This document shows, one piece after another, positions 28,057-37,973 of a stretch of DNA of 64,000 bases (the stretch's first letter is position 1; each line of letters opens with the position of its first letter). The position numbers were made by a program, and so were the translations under genes. Source of the stretch: an uncultured Alphaproteobacteria bacterium (GTDB lineage: Bacteria > Pseudomonadota > Alphaproteobacteria > CBDUYM01); NCBI GenBank assembly GCA_965371465.1, contig CBDUYM010000019.1, positions 67-64,066 on the forward strand, in the 5' to 3' direction. The notes beneath the pieces were generated by a model. It was not told the DNA's origin. It worked only from the letters and a program-made list of their open reading frames with translations, and searched no databases.

Positions 28057-29465
28057 AAGCCCGGGGCCAGCTGGCCAAGTTGATCGATAAAGGCCTGCTC
28101 GTCAGTCAGACAGCGCAAATCAAGAAGTAGCGTGTCATTGTGAATACGACCGAGCACAGGGATCGGCAACTGTCGTAAGGCTTGCGACAGGTCCTTGAGT
28201 ATCCGGCCTGTCGACTTTTTCTGCGGCTTGGGCGTAACGGCGAGGGCGCAGCTGGCCAAAATCTCAACGGGCAGCGAACCGCTTCCGATCTGACTGCTGC
28301 AGGGCGAAACAGTGACCGTGGCAACGCTATCGAAAGCCTTTGATACTTTTGGCAGAAGCCGCTCCGCCTGAACCTGGATACTTGCCTGCGTTCGACTAAG
28401 AATATCAATTGCTGGTAGACGGGAACGGAGGTCTTCCGGATTCAGATACATCCTCAAAATGCTTTCAAGCGCGGCAATCGTCATCTTATCGACGCGAAGG
28501 GCACGCTTGAGAGGGTTCTTTTTGATTTTCCGGATGAGATCTTTTGAGCCAATTATGAAACCGGCTTGCGGGCCGCCGAGGAGTTTATCGCCGCTGAATG
28601 TCACGATGTCGGCACCGCCGGCTAAAGTTTCGCCGGCCGTTGGCTCATGCGGCAGGCCAAAGGCCGTAAGATCCGTGAGCGTGCCACTGCCAAGATCACA
28701 GACGAAGGGAATGTCATGCTCTGATGCGATCCGGGCGAGTTCGCTTTCAGGCACCGAAGCCGTAAATCCTTCAATCGCATAGTTGCTGGCATGAACCTTA
28801 AGGAGGAGCCCTGTTTTCACAGAAATTGCGCCGATGAAATCTGCGGCGTGGGTGCGATTGGTTGTGCCGACCTCGTGCAGTTTGGCGCCGGCGCGGGACA
28901 TTATGTCCGGTATGCGGAAGGACCCGCCAATTTCAATGAGCTCGCCTCTCGAGACCACGACCTCCTTTCGCAGCGCCAGACTGTTCAATACGAGAAGGAC
29001 GGCAGCTGCGTTATTATTGACAACCGTTGCGGCCTCCGCGCCCGTGAGGCGGCATATCAGCGCCTCAAGATGATCGTCACGATCGCCGCGTTTGCCTTTT
29101 TCAAGATCATATTCAAGATTGCTGGCGGTCAGGGAGACGCGCCTGATAGCGTCCAGCGCCTCCTCCGGCATGGGTGCGCGGCCAAGGTTTGTGTGCAGAA
29201 CTGTGCCGGTCAGATTGAAGACAGGCCGAAGACTTGGGCTCAGCAGACCCGTGATCTGGGAGTCCAGGGCGGCAATCAGGTCGTGCCGCGTGGCAGGTTC
29301 AGCACCTTCCTTCAGTTCATCTCTTGAGGCCGCAAGAACGGTGCGCAGGGTTTCGGTGACCAGTGGTCGACCGTGCCTGGAAATAAGTTCGGCTACCTCT
29401 GGCCAGTTAAGAACACTGTCCACAGAAGGCAACACGGCCATCCGGGAATTCTGTTGTTCCGGCAT
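28053..29465 (-). CDS. selA: L-seryl-tRNA(Sec) selenium transferase SelA
   Basis: PVFNLTGTVLHTNLGRA, VSRGELIEIGGSFRIPDIM and HEVGTTNRTH match SelA. ATGA overlap with selB. Confidence 0.9.
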   Translation of the reverse strand: MPEQQNSRMAVLPSVDSVLNWPEVAELISRHGRPLVTETLRTVLAASRDELKEGAEPATRHDLIAALDSQITGLLSPSLRPVFNLTGTVLHTNLGRAPMPEEALDAIRRVSLTASNLEYDLEKGKRGDRDDHLEALICRLTGAEAATVVNNNAAAVLLVLNSLALRKEVVVSRGELIEIGGSFRIPDIMSRAGAKLHEVGTTNRTHAADFIGAISVKTGLLLKVHASNYAIEGFTASVPESELARIASEHDIPFVCDLGSGTLTDLTAFGLPHEPTAGETLAGGADIVTFSGDKLLGGPQAGFIIGSKDLIRKIKKNPLKRALRVDKMTIAALESILRMYLNPEDLRSRLPAIDILSRTQASIQVQAERLLPKVSKAFDSVATVTVSPCSSQIGSGSLPVEILASCALAVTPKPQKKSTGRILKDLSQALRQLPIPVLGRIHNDTLLLDLRCLTDEQAFIDQLGQLAPGL

Positions 29466-29617
29466 TGAAGCGAAACATCCTTCGTTTCTGTTGTGTTGGC
29501 GGAAGCCTAGGTGGGCGCAGCAATCCCGTCAACTTTGCCGGAGCAGGAGATAGTCAGCCGCAGACTTGCTTGTTATAACAGGCTAATCAGCATTCTGGGG
29601 CCAGGGAGTATCCTTCT

Positions 29618-30790
29618 ATGAACAGCATCGAAATACCGCAGCGGACGTTGATGGGCCCGGGTCCATCGGATGTCCATCCCCGGGTCCTGGCCGCCATGGC
29701 GCAACCGACTGTGGGCCATCTTGATCCTGTATTTGCGGGCTTGATGGAAGAGATCAAGGATCTTTTGCGCTATGCATTTCAAACCAAAAATGAGCTGACG
29801 ATCCCGGTGTCGGCGCCGGGATCGGCGGGGATGGAAACCTGTTTTGTCAATCTGGTTGAGCCTGGTGACAAGGTCATCGTCTGCAAAAACGGGGCCTTTG
29901 GCGGGCGCATGGAAGAGAATGTAAAGAGATGCGGCGGCGTCGCAGTTTCCGTCGAAGATGACTGGGGCACGCCAGTTGATCCCAACAAGGTGGCTGATGC
30001 ATTGAAGGCCAATCCTGATACAAAGGTGGTCGCTTTCGTTCATGCGGAGACGTCAACCGGGGTGCAAAGTGACGTGCAGGCGCTGTGCGCTCTGGCCCAT
30101 GAACATGACTGCCTGACCATCGTTGATTCAGTAACCGCCCTCGGCGGCATAGATCTCAAAGTTGACGACTGGGGCGTGGACGCTGTTTACGCCGGCACCC
30201 AGAAGTGCCTGTCCTGCCCGCCGGGCATTTCACCGATCAGCTTCAATGAGCGCGCCACCAAGGTCGTTCAGGAACGGGAAACGCCTGTCCAGAGCTGGTT
30301 TCTCGATCTCAATCTTGTCATGGGCTATTGGGACGGCGAAGGTGGCCGCACCTATCACCACACTGCGCCGGTCAACGCGATGTACGGTTTGCATGCCGCT
30401 CTCTCAATGCTGAAGGAGGAGGGTATTGAGAACGCTATCAAGCGCCACGCCCAAATGCATGATGCGTTGAAGGCCGGGCTTGAAGCCATGGGGCTTTCTC
30501 TCTTGGTCAAAGAGGAGCACCGTCTACCACAGCTGAATGCGGTTTCAGTGCCGGAAGGCGTTAACGAAGCTGAGGTGCGGAGCACGCTCCTCAACAGATA
30601 CAGCCTGGAGATTGGCGCGGGCCTTGGTGCATTGGCCGGCAAGATCTGGCGCATCGGCCTGATGGGCCAGAGCGCCAGCCTGAAAAACGTCATTCTCTGC
30701 CTTGCTAGCCTCGAAGAGACGCTTTCAGGCATGCAGGCCCCGATCAACAAGGGCGTCGCTGTCGCAGCGGCACAGGCGTCACTGCAATAG
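29618..30790 (+). CDS. class V aminotransferase (serine-pyruvate/alanine-glyoxylate aminotransferase-like)
   Basis: MGPGPSDVHPRVLAAM N-terminus, PLP-lysine region GTQKCLSCPPG, about 390 aa. Confidence 0.8.
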   Translation: MNSIEIPQRTLMGPGPSDVHPRVLAAMAQPTVGHLDPVFAGLMEEIKDLLRYAFQTKNELTIPVSAPGSAGMETCFVNLVEPGDKVIVCKNGAFGGRMEENVKRCGGVAVSVEDDWGTPVDPNKVADALKANPDTKVVAFVHAETSTGVQSDVQALCALAHEHDCLTIVDSVTALGGIDLKVDDWGVDAVYAGTQKCLSCPPGISPISFNERATKVVQERETPVQSWFLDLNLVMGYWDGEGGRTYHHTAPVNAMYGLHAALSMLKEEGIENAIKRHAQMHDALKAGLEAMGLSLLVKEEHRLPQLNAVSVPEGVNEAEVRSTLLNRYSLEIGAGLGALAGKIWRIGLMGQSASLKNVILCLASLEETLSGMQAPINKGVAVAAAQASLQ

Positions 30791-30809
30791 CGAGGTGAGA
30801 CCGGCCAGG

Positions 30810-31736
30810 ATGATCATGCGTTACCTGACGCTGTTGATCCTGGCTGTTGCCCTGTCATCCTGCGCGCCCACGGTTCAGAAGCTGGGCCATGCAGGCATTG
30901 AGCCTGACCTCACGCAAGACGGTTTCGTGATGCCCGACGGAACAGTTCTGCCTTTTCGATCCTGGCGGCCAAGAGCTGATACGCGTGCAGTAATCGTCGC
31001 TGTCCATGGGTTCAATGATTACTCCGACGCGTTCACATCTGCCGGCACTTATTGGGCCGATCAGGGAATCAGCACATACGCTTATGACCAGCGCGGGTTT
31101 GGCCGGACTGCCAGCCCTGGTATCTGGGCAGACAAGGATACACTTGCGTCAGATCTCAAAATTGTCCTCAAGCTTGTGCGCGACGCCCATCCAGAGACGC
31201 CAGTGACGGTTCTGGGGGTCAGCATGGGGGCGGCCATTCTGATTCATACATTCTCAGACAGTGAAGACCATGCCGCTGCGCCCGACGGCATTGTGCTGGT
31301 CTCGCCTGCCGTCTGGCATGGCGGCATCATGAGCCCCATTTACCGAAGTCTCTTGTGGCTTGGCGCACACATAATGCCGGGCAGGACGGCGACAGGGCGG
31401 AACCTGAACCGCCAGGCGTCTGACAATATCGAGATGCTGCGCGCACTTGGCCGCGACCCACTGGTCATTAAGGAAACCCGGATAGACGCTGTCTATGGAC
31501 TGGTTGGGCTGATGCGCCATGCTTACGGCGAAGTAGAGGCGATGCCCGGTCCGGTGCTGGCTCTTTACGGCAACAAGGATGAAATTGTGCCGGTCACCAG
31601 TCTGAAAGGTATCGAGGCACGGCTGCCACAACATGACCAGATCTGGTATGCCGAAGGTTACCACATGCTGCTTCGTGACCTGCAGGCGGAAACCGTTTGG
31701 CGGGACATATCGGACTGGATCACCAGTCGTGAATAG
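30810..31736 (+). CDS. alpha/beta hydrolase lipoprotein (lysophospholipase/monoglyceride-lipase-like)
   Basis: Lipobox LSSC. HGFNDYSD, GVSMGA nucleophile elbow, C-terminal EGYHML. Confidence 0.65.
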   Translation: MIMRYLTLLILAVALSSCAPTVQKLGHAGIEPDLTQDGFVMPDGTVLPFRSWRPRADTRAVIVAVHGFNDYSDAFTSAGTYWADQGISTYAYDQRGFGRTASPGIWADKDTLASDLKIVLKLVRDAHPETPVTVLGVSMGAAILIHTFSDSEDHAAAPDGIVLVSPAVWHGGIMSPIYRSLLWLGAHIMPGRTATGRNLNRQASDNIEMLRALGRDPLVIKETRIDAVYGLVGLMRHAYGEVEAMPGPVLALYGNKDEIVPVTSLKGIEARLPQHDQIWYAEGYHMLLRDLQAETVWRDISDWITSRE

Positions 31737-32078
31737 CTAAGTCTTCACACAGTCAAACAGTGTATTGATGGCGATGACCAGAGGCTGAACCTCGCTGGCA
31801 ACCAAAACAGCACTTCGAGGGGCACAGATCTGATCCATGGTCTGTGTAATAGCGTCCATGATTTTTTGCGCCTCACCGGCTGGATCGAGCATTCCCTCAG
31901 CTCCACGCTCTGTCCGTGAACCGACGGCGTTGTATCGATTGTTTTCCATCTTGAACGTTCGCACCTGGAATGACGCGTCATGGAGGTAGGGATAGTCGAC
32001 TTTGGCGTTACCAGCACATCCAGCCAGGATGAACAAAAGAAGCGTTGCAGCAATTCCGATCCGCCTGAGATCAGCCAT
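31737..32078 (-). CDS. small lipoprotein (lipobox LAGC), hypothetical
   Basis: MADLRRIGIAATLLLFILAGC signal/lipobox. Start chosen at the ATG at 32078. Confidence 0.4.
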   Translation of the reverse strand: MADLRRIGIAATLLLFILAGCAGNAKVDYPYLHDASFQVRTFKMENNRYNAVGSRTERGAEGMLDPAGEAQKIMDAITQTMDQICAPRSAVLVASEVQPLVIAINTLFDCVKT

Positions 32079-33081
32079 TGGCTGGCACCCTGCCCTCGAT
32101 GGGATAGGCGGGATCATTGTATCCGGGTGTGGAAGGATGTCCGAGTGGGACCAGTTCGTCGACGAGTGCCTCGTCTTCCTCGGTGAACGTATAGTCAAGG
32201 GCCGCAACATAGTCGCGCCATTGTTCGATGGTGCGGGGCCCTGCGATAGTACCTGTCACCATGTCGTTATTGAGAACCCAGCAGACGGCAAACTGTATGG
32301 GCGTGATGCCCTTTTTCTCGGCATAGGCCTTGATCACATGCGAAATTTCAATGGATTCGTCACGCCACTCCGACTGCATCATGCGGACATCTTTGGTTGC
32401 CGCACGGGTTCCTTCTTCAGGCTCCTGACCAACAACATACTTGCCGGTCAACACGCCTCTGGCCAAAGGGCTGTAGGGGAAAACACCAATGCCATAATGA
32501 GCGCAGACCGGCAGCTGCTCCACTTCAGGCAGGCGGTTCATGGCATTGTAATAAGGCTGTGAAATGATCGGGTGGTCGATGCCAAGGTTGTCGCAGATAC
32601 GCACTATTTCTGCGATTCGCCAGGCCTTGAAGTTGGAGATACCAAAATGCCTGATTTTGCCAGTGCGAATGAGATCGCCAAGCGCGCTTATAGTCTCTTC
32701 AAGTGGCGTCGAGAGGTCTTCCTTGTGAAGATAGAGAATGTCGATGTAGTCGGTGTCAAGACGGCGCAGCGAGTTTTCGGTTTCCTCGAGCAACCATTTG
32801 CGGCTGAGACCGCCCTGGTTGGGCCCATCTCCCATAAAGTTGCAGGCCTTGGTCGCAACAATCCACCAGTCGCGATCTGTCTTGATAGCCGCACCTGTAA
32901 CCTCCTCAGACCTGCCGCCATTGTAGGCATCGGCCGTATCGAGAAAATTGAAGCCCGCATCCCGGGCTTCGTTAATGATCTGTTCTGATGTTGCTGCGTC
33001 CGTGCGGCCACCGAACATCATTGTGCCCAGGCACAGGGGAGACACCTTGAGGCCGCTCTTGCCAAGATTACGATATTCCAT
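32071..33081 (-). CDS. aldo/keto reductase
   Basis: MEYRNLGKSGLKVSPLCLGTMMFG...FLDTADAYNGG AKR signature. Confidence 0.8.
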   Translation of the reverse strand: MEYRNLGKSGLKVSPLCLGTMMFGGRTDAATSEQIINEARDAGFNFLDTADAYNGGRSEEVTGAAIKTDRDWWIVATKACNFMGDGPNQGGLSRKWLLEETENSLRRLDTDYIDILYLHKEDLSTPLEETISALGDLIRTGKIRHFGISNFKAWRIAEIVRICDNLGIDHPIISQPYYNAMNRLPEVEQLPVCAHYGIGVFPYSPLARGVLTGKYVVGQEPEEGTRAATKDVRMMQSEWRDESIEISHVIKAYAEKKGITPIQFAVCWVLNNDMVTGTIAGPRTIEQWRDYVAALDYTFTEEDEALVDELVPLGHPSTPGYNDPAYPIEGRVPANG

Positions 33082-33099
33082 TGTATCTGCTATCTTTCC

Positions 33100-33474
33100 T
33101 CAGTCGTCGGAATTGCCGGTGAAAATTATCCGGTCCCGCATGCCAGTGTCGTAGTCGATGCCATCTGCTGTCACCAGTGCCGCCATTGGAAATTGCGAGA
33201 CAATCATGCCTTTCTTCTCCAGCGCCCGAAAGACGACTTCGTTCCGAAGGCCGGTGGCGTCACGCTTATATGTAACGCCTTCGCCAATGTGGAAGTGATC
33301 TCCGTGGGGCGCCGGAAAGCCGGAGACCAAAACAGCCCCGTCATCCTGCTCAGTGCCGGTTTTGGCGAGTTCCTGCAAAAGCGTCAATGTCTTCAATTGA
33401 AGCTTGTTCAGTTTCAGTGGGTTTCTTTTGGGCGGCATCCTGTGGCTTTCAAAAAAGCTGATCCGGGGGGTCAA
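33100..33474 (-). CDS. hypothetical protein
   Basis: 124-aa ORF between the AKR and CaCA genes. No family recognised. Confidence 0.3.
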   Translation of the reverse strand: MTPRISFFESHRMPPKRNPLKLNKLQLKTLTLLQELAKTGTEQDDGAVLVSGFPAPHGDHFHIGEGVTYKRDATGLRNEVVFRALEKKGMIVSQFPMAALVTADGIDYDTGMRDRIIFTGNSDD

Positions 33475-33486
33475 GACTTCTGGGCA

Positions 33487-34545
33487 TCATCGCAAAATAT
33501 AAAACGCGTACAAGCTCAATCCGTAAACAACCAGGACAGCGGCTGAGTCATAACCCATGCCGAAAATGAGCTGGCGGCGCCGCACGAGCAGCCCGATGAC
33601 GTAAATGGCAGTCACAATGATGCCGGACACCAGGGCAAATGCCGCTGATGCGTCCAGCTCTGAAAGCAGCACGCGCTCGCGATAAAAGATGTCCGCCGGC
33701 AAAAGCAGCGCCAGCAGAATGAGATTGCTGCCGAAGATGTTGGATATGGCCATGGTGTAGGCGCGAAGCCGGACGGCGGAAATAGTTGTGGAGAGCTCCG
33801 GCAGGGAAGTCGCTGCGGCCAGGACTGTGACGCCGATGAAACTTGAGCCCAGACCGGATTGAACAGCCAGAATCTCGGCAAGGTCGACGAGCAAAACTCC
33901 TGCAAACAAAATGCCCAGGACTGCCAGCGATGTGAACGCATAGAGCCGGCGGTTGCTCAGCGCGGCTCTCTTCCCCTCAGCATCAGATGCGGCGGGGCTC
34001 GCGTCCGTTGGTAGTTCGACCGGATGCCAGGCCGCTTGTTCGTCATAGTTACGAAGGATCATAATGGCGAAAACATAAAGAATGGCCAGCACGACCACAC
34101 CGATTCCAACCTCCATCAGAAGCATTTGGTCACCAAACCAGGTAAGGCCGAGAAGCAGGGCCAGGAGCAAGATCAGGATCGCCCCTTCAAGAACCGGCGT
34201 CGGTTTCCGCGGATAAAAGGTGATGCTGACGTGGACAGCTGACGCATCGGCGATCGCCAGCATCGCTGTCTGCAGCGTGATGCCGCCAAACATGTTGTTC
34301 AGCAGAAGTGCCGGGTTGTTCTGGATAGCCGCCGACAAGGTGGCCACGAGCTCAGGCAACGAGGTAGCGGCTGCGAGAAAGACAAGCCCCATGAGCGCCC
34401 GGCCAATTCGCTTTCTGCCGGCAATTTCGTCGGCGTAGTGGGCAAGCCGGGTTCCCGCCAGCCAGACAAGTGCTGCGGCCAAAAGAAACAGGATCAAATT
34501 GACCCAAAGCGGAAGGCCTGCGAACAAATCCAAGGTCATGGGCAA
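33487..34545 (-). CDS. Ca2+:cation antiporter (CaCA/YrbG-like) membrane protein
   Basis: Two alpha-repeat motifs (ATSLPELVATL and ATSLPELSTTI) in a polytopic protein. Confidence 0.7.
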   Translation of the reverse strand: MPMTLDLFAGLPLWVNLILFLLAAALVWLAGTRLAHYADEIAGRKRIGRALMGLVFLAAATSLPELVATLSAAIQNNPALLLNNMFGGITLQTAMLAIADASAVHVSITFYPRKPTPVLEGAILILLLALLLGLTWFGDQMLLMEVGIGVVVLAILYVFAIMILRNYDEQAAWHPVELPTDASPAASDAEGKRAALSNRRLYAFTSLAVLGILFAGVLLVDLAEILAVQSGLGSSFIGVTVLAAATSLPELSTTISAVRLRAYTMAISNIFGSNLILLALLLPADIFYRERVLLSELDASAAFALVSGIIVTAIYVIGLLVRRRQLIFGMGYDSAAVLVVYGLSLYAFYILR

Positions 34546-34660
34546 CTATTGTTCATGGGCAAGAGAGGGTTGATTGATATCATTCGTTGGATCAGCCTTT
34601 GCAGGGTAGTGTCAGCATAGCTATGGGACCAGACAGTCGGCAGGGAGACAAGCCCGAAAG

Positions 34661-37135
34661 ATGACATCACTTCTGGCTGCACAATCAAAGACGGCGCTTT
34701 CGAAGGATGAATTGCGACGTGTATGCGATCCGGCGCTCTTTCGCTTTAAGACGACAGACGATCTTGAGCCTCTGGTTGATCTGGTGGGCCAGGATCGCGC
34801 TCTGGAAGCCATTCGCTTCGGCACCGGCATGCCAAGGCAGGGCTACAACCTGTTTGTTCTCGGCACGCCACGATCAGGACGCCATGACGCGGTCCGCGCA
34901 TTCCTTGACGGCCTGGCATCCGGACAAGCGGCCAGCGATGACTGGATTTACGTTCATAACTTTGAGATAGATCACAAACCGAAGGCTATTCGGTTGCCGG
35001 CCGGAACGGCGGTGCAGTTTCGGGATGCAATGAGCGCACTTGTTGACGATCTTCGGGCTGCGCTGCCATCACTGTTCGAGAGCGAAGAATATCGAAGCCG
35101 GCGTCAGGCCATCGACGACAGCTTCGAGCAGGCGCAACAGGCAGAGTTTGACGAGCTGCAGGCGAAGGCACAGAACGACGGTATTGCCATCCTGAAAACT
35201 CCCATGGGATTTGCCTTGGCGCCTGTGGACAACGGCCAGGTCATCAAGCCGGACGCCTTTAACGCGCTGCCCGAGGAAGAACGAGGCGCCATCGAAGCCA
35301 AAATCAATGCCTTGCAACCGGAACTCCAGAACGTACTGCAGAACCTACCGCATCTGGAAAAGGAACGGCGACGTGCAGTCCAGGAGCTCAATGCCGAGCT
35401 CGCCGAAATGGCCGTTGGTGCTTCCATTACGGATGTCGAGCAGGCATTTAGACAGTTCGCAGAATTGGCGACATATCTCTCTCAGGTGCGCCACGACCTC
35501 ATAAAACATGCCAACGTATTCCTTGAACACGCAACAGCAGAAACTGCCGGCAACAGTTTTGGTTCGCCTGAGCATATCCACGATGATCCACGTATCAGGC
35601 GATATGCCGTGAACGCCATCGTTGCGAACAGTGCGCATGCTGAAGATGGCAGTTCGCCCAATGGTGCCCCGGTCGTCTTCGAGGCAAACCCGACACTTGC
35701 CAATCTCGTGGGACGTATTGAGCACATTTCGCAGATGGGTACCTTGTTGACCGACTTCACACTCATAAAGGCCGGCGCCCTGCACCAAGCCAATAGCGGT
35801 TATCTGGTGCTTGATGCTCGCAAGGTGATTACAGAGCCTTTTGCCTGGGAGGCGCTTAAGCGGTCTTTGCGAAGTGAGACCATTGAAATTACATCGGCAG
35901 CGGAGCAAATGAGCCTGGCCAGCACGACTTCTATCAATCCTGATCCCATACCATTGAAAGTGAAGATCATCCTGATCGGCGAACGACTCGAGTACTATTT
36001 GATGTCTAGCCTGGATCCCGAATTTCAGGAACTCTTCAAGGTCGAGGTCGATTTTGATGACGAATTGGAGCGGACAGACGAGAACCTGCAGCTCTATGCC
36101 CAGATGGTCGCTACGCTGGCAAAACGAGAGAATTTGCGCGCCATTGATGCTTCCGGTGTCGCGAGATTGATCGACGCTGCAACGCGCCTGACGTCTGACT
36201 GCGAGCGCCTTACCCTGCGTATCGGTCCCCTTGTGGACCTATTGTCCGAGGCCGACTTCTATGCAGCTGAAAGAGGAGCGGGCCAGATTACCGCCGAAGA
36301 CGTTGCCCGTGCCACCGCAGAGCAAATCCGAAGAGCTGACCGCATCCGGGAAACCTCCCATGAAGGAATCACACGAAACACCATCCTGATCGATACAGAG
36401 GGCGAGGCCGAGGGTCAGATCAACGGCCTGTCAGTGCTGTCCCTTGGAAATTACGCATTCGGCCAGCCGACGCGGATCACGGCGCGCGTACGTATGGGCA
36501 GCGGCACTGTCGTCGATATTGAGCGCGAAGCAAAGCTTGGCGGCGCACTCCATTCGAAAGGCGTTCTCATTCTGTCGAGCTTTCTCTCGTCACACTTTGC
36601 GCCGGATGCACCGATTTCCCTTTGGGCAAGCATTGTGTTTGAGCAAACCTATGGCGGTGTCGACGGTGACAGCGCATCAAGCGCCGAACTTTATGCACTG
36701 CTTTCCGCCCTGGCAGGCGTGCCGATAAAGCAAAGCCTTGCTGTAACCGGATCAGTCAACCAGATCGGGCAGGTTCAGGCCATTGGCGGCGTGAATGAGA
36801 AAATTGAGGGTTTTTACGACATTTGCCGGGAACGTGGCCTGACCGGCGAGCAAGGCGTCCTCATCCCGGCAGCAAATGTGAAACATCTCATGCTTCGCGA
36901 AGATGTTGTAGCCGCCGCCGAGAACGGCCAATTTCACATTTATCCTGTCAGCACAATTGACGAGGGAATCGAAATTCTGACCGGTGTGAAAGCAGGCGAG
37001 CGCGACGAAGATGGAGCTTTTCCCGATTTGACTTTCAATGGATTGGTGGAAGCAAGGCTCTATGATTTCGCTATGAAGCGGCAGAGCTTTGGCAAGGACA
37101 GTGCCAAGAAGGGTGAGGACGACAACGATGAGTGA
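34661..37135 (+). CDS. Lon-like protease with a degenerate AAA+ domain (LonC/COG1067-type)
   Basis: C-terminal Lon S16 domain with Ser (DGDSASSAELYALLSAL) and Lys (GGVNEKIEG). The N-terminal AAA-like region has a non-canonical Walker A (LGTPRSGRHD). Confidence 0.75.
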   Translation: MTSLLAAQSKTALSKDELRRVCDPALFRFKTTDDLEPLVDLVGQDRALEAIRFGTGMPRQGYNLFVLGTPRSGRHDAVRAFLDGLASGQAASDDWIYVHNFEIDHKPKAIRLPAGTAVQFRDAMSALVDDLRAALPSLFESEEYRSRRQAIDDSFEQAQQAEFDELQAKAQNDGIAILKTPMGFALAPVDNGQVIKPDAFNALPEEERGAIEAKINALQPELQNVLQNLPHLEKERRRAVQELNAELAEMAVGASITDVEQAFRQFAELATYLSQVRHDLIKHANVFLEHATAETAGNSFGSPEHIHDDPRIRRYAVNAIVANSAHAEDGSSPNGAPVVFEANPTLANLVGRIEHISQMGTLLTDFTLIKAGALHQANSGYLVLDARKVITEPFAWEALKRSLRSETIEITSAAEQMSLASTTSINPDPIPLKVKIILIGERLEYYLMSSLDPEFQELFKVEVDFDDELERTDENLQLYAQMVATLAKRENLRAIDASGVARLIDAATRLTSDCERLTLRIGPLVDLLSEADFYAAERGAGQITAEDVARATAEQIRRADRIRETSHEGITRNTILIDTEGEAEGQINGLSVLSLGNYAFGQPTRITARVRMGSGTVVDIEREAKLGGALHSKGVLILSSFLSSHFAPDAPISLWASIVFEQTYGGVDGDSASSAELYALLSALAGVPIKQSLAVTGSVNQIGQVQAIGGVNEKIEGFYDICRERGLTGEQGVLIPAANVKHLMLREDVVAAAENGQFHIYPVSTIDEGIEILTGVKAGERDEDGAFPDLTFNGLVEARLYDFAMKRQSFGKDSAKKGEDDNDE

Positions 37136-37973
37136 TGCTGACGATCCTGGCCAGCGCCGTGTCCTCGTCGGCCTTGGTGTCTCTGCTGATGACGAAGCTG
37201 TGCTCGATATTGCGGCAAGTCTGGCCGCCGCGATTGGTGCCCAGCTTGCTGCCCTGTATGTCGAAGACATAGCGCTGCTTGACCTTGCAGAACTGCCGTT
37301 TACGCAAATTGTTTCGGCCACCAACAGGCCGTCACCTGCTCTGACCCGCGAAAACATGGAAGCCGCGCTTCAGCGGGAGGCAATTGCATCTCGCCGGGCG
37401 GTTTCGGTCTACGCAGAGAGAGTTCAGGCGAGCTGGTCGTTTGGCACGGTTCGGGGATCAGCAGAACAGGAAATTCGATCAGCTGCAGCCAGCGGCGACA
37501 TTGTCGTGGTGCGGGCTGCCGCCCATGAGACAAAGGTTGTAAACCTTGTTGCGCGCGCGCGCTCAGCGGCAGCAACGGCAAGTGGCGCTGTCGTCGCTTT
37601 GTCAGCGCCGACCGCACTCCGTGGCCCGGTGGTTGTCTTCGATGATGGGGACGCCGCGGGCAGTAAATCGATTGAGCTCGGCTGCGCGATTGCTTCAGCG
37701 CGAAAGACGTCTCTCGAAATTCTGGCTGTTCCTGTAAGCGATGAGCAGAATCAGGCAACGCTCGAGCGTGCTCGTCGGCTCACCGATGGTCAGAGCAATT
37801 GTCGAATTCGGCTGTTGGCGAGCGCTGCAACGGCAGACATATGTGAGGAACTGGAGCGCATAGCACCTTCGTTCATTGTTGGCGATCTGTCAGGCGCACC
37901 GTTCGGTTCAGATGAAGAAGCCCAGGAACTGATCAATCGAGCTCATGCGCCTGCCCTGCTGCTGGTCGGCTAG
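37128..37973 (+). CDS. tandem universal stress protein (UspA-family) domains
   Basis: The ATG at 37128 overlaps the lon stop by 8 nt (ATGAGTGA). The VLVGLGVSADDEAVLD...YVED pattern repeats twice. Confidence 0.5.
   Translation: MSDADDPGQRRVLVGLGVSADDEAVLDIAASLAAAIGAQLAALYVEDIALLDLAELPFTQIVSATNRPSPALTRENMEAALQREAIASRRAVSVYAERVQASWSFGTVRGSAEQEIRSAAASGDIVVVRAAAHETKVVNLVARARSAAATASGAVVALSAPTALRGPVVVFDDGDAAGSKSIELGCAIASARKTSLEILAVPVSDEQNQATLERARRLTDGQSNCRIRLLASAATADICEELERIAPSFIVGDLSGAPFGSDEEAQELINRAHAPALLLVG

Noticed and set aside
34661-37135. Possibility that the Lon-like gene is BrxL of a BREX system
   Set aside because: No brxA/brxB/brxC/pglX/pglZ-like genes (large ATPase, methyltransferase, alkaline phosphatase) occur within the window. 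The neighbours are USP and transporters. It is therefore treated as a stand-alone LonC-type protease.
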